Shown: positions 42,153 to 44,899 of the stretch, piece by piece
Layout of the letters: each line of letters begins with the position of its first letter
Numbering within the stretch: position 1 is the stretch's first letter
Sequence record: NC_012223.2
Direction: 5' to 3' (one strand)
Source of the DNA: Escherichia phage SSL-2009a
DNA: 44,899 nucleotides
The notes under the pieces: model-generated
What the model was told of the DNA's origin: nothing
Database searches by the model: none
Seen by the model: the letters and a program-made list of their open reading frames with translations, nothing else
Translations under genes and position numbers: made by a program

Positions 42153-42394
42153 TTATCTCCGTCCTGTTGTTTGTTATCATCGGGGCTTCGTCCCTGTTTA
42201 ACGTGTATGCGCCGTCCGTCCAGGATGGCATTTTCGGTCGGGTGCTGTATCTGCTAACGGCAATGATCTGTATTATCGGACTGTTGCAAACAGGAGACGT
42301 ATCTGATACCACCTGGACCGCGTTAATCTGGCTGTTTGCATTGCGCACCCTGCGTAATGCTGTTTTGAATGGGGTAAAACATGCGATTCAGTGA
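42149..42394 (+). CDS. holin/antiholin-like membrane protein
   Basis: 81 aa, two to three TM helices; ATGA overlap upstream, overlaps endolysin start. Confidence 0.45.
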   Translation: MIISVLLFVIIGASSLFNVYAPSVQDGIFGRVLYLLTAMICIIGLLQTGDVSDTTWTALIWLFALRTLRNAVLNGVKHAIQ

Positions 42395-42872
42395 CAACGG
42401 TCTAAGATTCACGGCAGCATGGGAGGCTTTCAGCCCGGTGCCGTATTTCGCGACCAAGAAAGAGCAGGCCCGCGGCCTGTACACCTGGGGTTATGGTCAT
42501 ACCGGCACTAACCCGCCGCGAAGCATTACCCGAGAGGAAGCGCTGGCGCTACTTAAGCGCGATGTGGCGTATGCCGAGGACTGGGTTAACAAATACGCAC
42601 ATCCGAGCATTAACCAGGCGCAATTCGACGCGCTGGTGGATCTGGTAATCAATGCCGGTCCTGGTCCGATCGTACCGGATGACGTCGCGAATGATTTCGA
42701 TGATGCGGTGCGACTGGGCAACTGGGCGAAGGTCCGTGCTACGCTGCCGCTGTTCCGCAAGCAAGGCGGGGAAGTGCTTAAGGGTCTGGTACGCCGTGCA
42801 ATCGGCAGACAGGCGTTGTTTGATGGTAAGCAGTGGGACGTTGCCGAGCGAATCGGTCGTAACGCTGCATAA
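42381..42872 (+). CDS. endolysin (phage lysozyme, T4-lysozyme-like fold)
   Basis: 163 aa; conserved Glu (WEAF) followed by GLYTWGYGHTG, resembling the E...GYYTIGIGH signature of T4-type lysozymes. Confidence 0.65.
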   Translation: MRFSDNGLRFTAAWEAFSPVPYFATKKEQARGLYTWGYGHTGTNPPRSITREEALALLKRDVAYAEDWVNKYAHPSINQAQFDALVDLVINAGPGPIVPDDVANDFDDAVRLGNWAKVRATLPLFRKQGGEVLKGLVRRAIGRQALFDGKQWDVAERIGRNAA

Positions 42873-42888
42873 TACGAGGTGACACAAT

Positions 42889-43290
42889 ATGTTAGATTCG
42901 ATCTTGCGACGTAAAGAACGCATTATCAAGACACTGCCCGCAGTGCAGAACCCAGAAGCGCGCCGCATCCTGGCGGGGGATATGAATGTATCAGGCGTCT
43001 TTGACAAGGCCGTGCCTGAAGGGACGCCGGTGGCTAGCGCTACCGTCACCATCACGCCAGCTACCGCCGCAGTTGGTGAGACAGCCGCCGCGACTGTTGC
43101 CATCCTGCCATCCGGAGCGACCAACAAGACCGGGTCGTGGGTGTCGGCTAACCCTAACCGCGCCTCAATCAATCCGACTACCGGAGAAATCACAGCGAAA
43201 GCAGCGGGTAACGTCCGCATCGTTTGGGTGGCGTCCGACGGTAGCGGGGTGCAGGCTGACGCAGGCTTCACAGTAACGGCAGCCGCATAA
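42889..43290 (+). CDS. Ig-like (Big_2-type) domain protein
   Basis: 133 aa; C-terminal region rich in T/A/V/G (ATVTITPATAAVGETAAATVAILPSGATNKTG...GNVRIVWVASDG); SD GAGGTGA. Confidence 0.45.
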   Translation: MLDSILRRKERIIKTLPAVQNPEARRILAGDMNVSGVFDKAVPEGTPVASATVTITPATAAVGETAAATVAILPSGATNKTGSWVSANPNRASINPTTGEITAKAAGNVRIVWVASDGSGVQADAGFTVTAAA

Positions 43291-43297
43291 ACCAACA

Positions 43298-43324
43298 AGC
43301 CCGGATAATACCGGGCTTTTTATT
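43298..43324 (+). terminator. rho-independent terminator after Ig-like gene
   Basis: GCCCGG-ataata-CCGGGC followed by TTTTTATT. Confidence 0.6.
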
Positions 43325-43331
43325 GCTTGAC

Positions 43332-43369
43332 TTGCAACCAACATAGGGGCCATACTGCAACCAACCAAT
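43332..43369. promoter_or_regulatory. two TGCAACCAA motif copies (reverse orientation)
   Basis: ttgcaaccaa 43332-43341 and tgcaaccaaccaat 43356-43369, just upstream of the micro-ORF SD. Confidence 0.4.
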
Positions 43370-43385
43370 AAGAGGAGTAATCAAG

Positions 43386-43475
43386 ATGACACGTAACGAT
43401 ATTTGGGTATTAGCAATCTGGACCACCGCGGCTTTTATTGGCATGGTTATTTGCGAGGTGATGTATGGCTTTTAA
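43386..43475 (+). CDS. hydrophobic micro-protein (29 aa, single predicted TM helix)
   Basis: MTRNDIWVLAIWTTAAFIGMVICEVMYGF; strong SD AGAGGAG 8 nt upstream of ATG 43386; found by manual translation. Confidence 0.4.
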   Translation: MTRNDIWVLAIWTTAAFIGMVICEVMYGF

Positions 43476-43654
43476 ACCGCGGCGCGATTCCCGACCTTTG
43501 GCAGACAGACCACGGGGTGCACAAATGGAGGCGTCATTCTTCCAGGGGTTATCATTCCTCACCAAAAAAGAGCAGGGGAAAGTAATGGGTGAATTCCGAC
43601 GCGTATTGGCGGAATTCAAGCAGCAAGACGCAGAATAGTGCCTCGCCGCCATAC

Positions 43655-43680
43655 GGACCGTGGTATATTGTCCACGGTCC
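43655..43680. promoter_or_regulatory. perfect 9-bp inverted repeat GGACCGTGG-tatattgt-CCACGGTCC upstream of the phosphoesterase gene
   Basis: Seen directly; loop contains TATATT; 22 nt upstream of ATG 43703. Confidence 0.45.
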
Positions 43681-43702
43681 ACTAATCAGGAATTAATTAA
43701 AT

Positions 43703-44845
43703 ATGCACCCGCAAACTAAAATTACCGATGAGCAATTGATCGCCGAAATTCAGGCAGGGACTACGGTTAAAGAGATTGCGAAGAAATACGGCATTGCACT
43801 TCGTAACGTCTACATGCGCAAAGCCCGCCTGTCGAAAAAGGGGATTGGTCATGGCAATGACGCCGTGATCCGTAAGCGCGTTGCCGATGGCTTTGGGGTT
43901 AAGCGCGTATCGGCCCTGGTGCGCGGCAATGGCGAAGAGGTCATGTCGTGGGTCATCACTGAGCAGGACAAGGAGCGCCAACTCGAAGCCATGCGCGCTG
44001 TTGTCGAGGGTATGAACAGCGAAATCACACCGGCAGCGCCCGTAAACGCCACGCCAGTCCCGATTCAGGCGCTCGACTTGCTCAACCTGTACACAGTGTC
44101 CGACTTCCACCTGGGTATGCTGGCGTGGGGCGAGGAGACTGGCGAAGACTGGGATATGGCGATTGCTGAAGACCTGTTCTACCGCTGGTTTGTCGAAGCC
44201 TTCGCCCGCGCACCGGACGCAGGCACTGCCGTTATCAATATCCTCGGTGATATGGCCCACTTTGATAGCCTCGACGCCGTCACACCAGCAAGCGGTCACG
44301 TACTGGACGCCGACACACGATACCAGAAGTTGGTCCGCTATATGATTCGCATGGTGCGCAACGTCGTAGACCTGGCGCTGCAAAAACACCACAAAGTCAA
44401 ACTGCTAATCGTCCAGGGTAATCATGACGAATCGGGTATGATTTGGCTTGCTGAGATGTTCAATACCCTGTATGAGAACGAGCCACGCGTCGATGTGGAC
44501 ACGTCCCCGGACGTCTACAAAATGGTGCAGCACGGTAAGACCACGCTGTTTTTCCATCACGGGCACAAAGCGCGATTCGATGCTATCGAGCAGGTTATGA
44601 TCGCTAAATTCAGACAGGCGTTCGGGTCGAGCGAATACAGCTACGCGCACGTAGGTCATTTGCACCACCAGAAGATTGTCGAGTCTCGCAACATGATTGT
44701 TGAACAGCACCGGACGCTCGCAGCGAAAGACGCCTACGCCAGTCGTGGCGGTTGGATGTCCGGTCGCAGCGCAAACGTCATCACCTACAGCGCCAACTAC
44801 GGCGAAGTAGCGCGCTTAACCATTAGCCCAGAAATGTTGAAGTAA
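43703..44845 (+). CDS. metallophosphoesterase (calcineurin-like) with N-terminal HTH domain
   Basis: 380 aa; N-terminal HTH-like TVKEIAKKYGIALRNVY; C-terminal phosphoesterase motifs GDMAHFD, GNHDE, GHKARFD, GHLHH. Confidence 0.65.
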   Translation: MHPQTKITDEQLIAEIQAGTTVKEIAKKYGIALRNVYMRKARLSKKGIGHGNDAVIRKRVADGFGVKRVSALVRGNGEEVMSWVITEQDKERQLEAMRAVVEGMNSEITPAAPVNATPVPIQALDLLNLYTVSDFHLGMLAWGEETGEDWDMAIAEDLFYRWFVEAFARAPDAGTAVINILGDMAHFDSLDAVTPASGHVLDADTRYQKLVRYMIRMVRNVVDLALQKHHKVKLLIVQGNHDESGMIWLAEMFNTLYENEPRVDVDTSPDVYKMVQHGKTTLFFHHGHKARFDAIEQVMIAKFRQAFGSSEYSYAHVGHLHHQKIVESRNMIVEQHRTLAAKDAYASRGGWMSGRSANVITYSANYGEVARLTISPEMLK

Positions 44846-44861
44846 CGGCGACCCGTAACCC

Positions 44862-44891
44862 GCCCAGCCTGCCGATTTGGTGGGCTTTTTT
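44862..44891 (+). terminator. weak terminator-like hairpin with T-run at window end
   Basis: Short stem GCCCA/TGGGC followed by TTTTTT after the phosphoesterase stop. Confidence 0.3.
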
Positions 44892-44899
44892 GTGCCTGT

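Noticed and set aside
43403-43585. 60-aa ORF from the six-frame track and a 22-aa ORF starting at ATG 43524 in the same intergenic region
   Set aside because: No convincing SD, basic low-complexity translation, and overlap with the better-supported micro-ORF 43386-43475.
1-44899. Integrase, excisionase or CI-like repressor that would indicate a temperate phage
   Set aside because: No ORF with tyrosine or serine recombinase motifs or a repressor/Cro pair was found in this window; it is treated as a virulent phage unless the missing part of the genome shows otherwise.

Overview
The window reads as a near-complete genome of a virulent lambda-tailed siphovirus of an enterobacterial host, with no integrase or repressor found. 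All calls rest on reading the six-frame translations and the raw sequence by eye; no database search, HMM scan or fold prediction was run. Plus strand, 56-23978: terminase small and large subunits, portal, head morphogenesis protein, an overlapping Rz/Rz1-type spanin pair, scaffold, major capsid, head-tail joining genes, major tail protein, G/G-T chaperone with a -1 frameshift, tape measure, lambda-like M/L/K/I/J tail tip genes, and a tail fiber with a C-terminal chaperone-like domain. Minus strand, 36592 down to 24005: a replication and DNA-metabolism operon with family-A DNA polymerase, SNF2-type helicase, Cas4-like nuclease, gp2.5-like SSB candidate, VRR-NUC nuclease, Dam-like and Dcm-like methyltransferases, a HAD phosphatase and an HNH-like gene. 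Plus strand, 36993-44845: an HTH regulator, primase-helicase, small early genes, a holin/endolysin cassette, an Ig-like protein and an HTH-metallophosphoesterase. The features the gene map does not explain are two copies of a GCGGGACA iteron/palindrome element (11821-12145 and 39700-39860), a recurrent promoter-associated dyad motif ATTGGTTGCA/TGCAACCAAT, a two-gene antisense insert in the head module (5080-6198), and an antisense lipoprotein gene between tail genes. No rRNA, tRNA or CRISPR array was recognised. Functions of many small ORFs are unknown, and I could not pin down a single defined novel system; the candidates are ranked in the findings.
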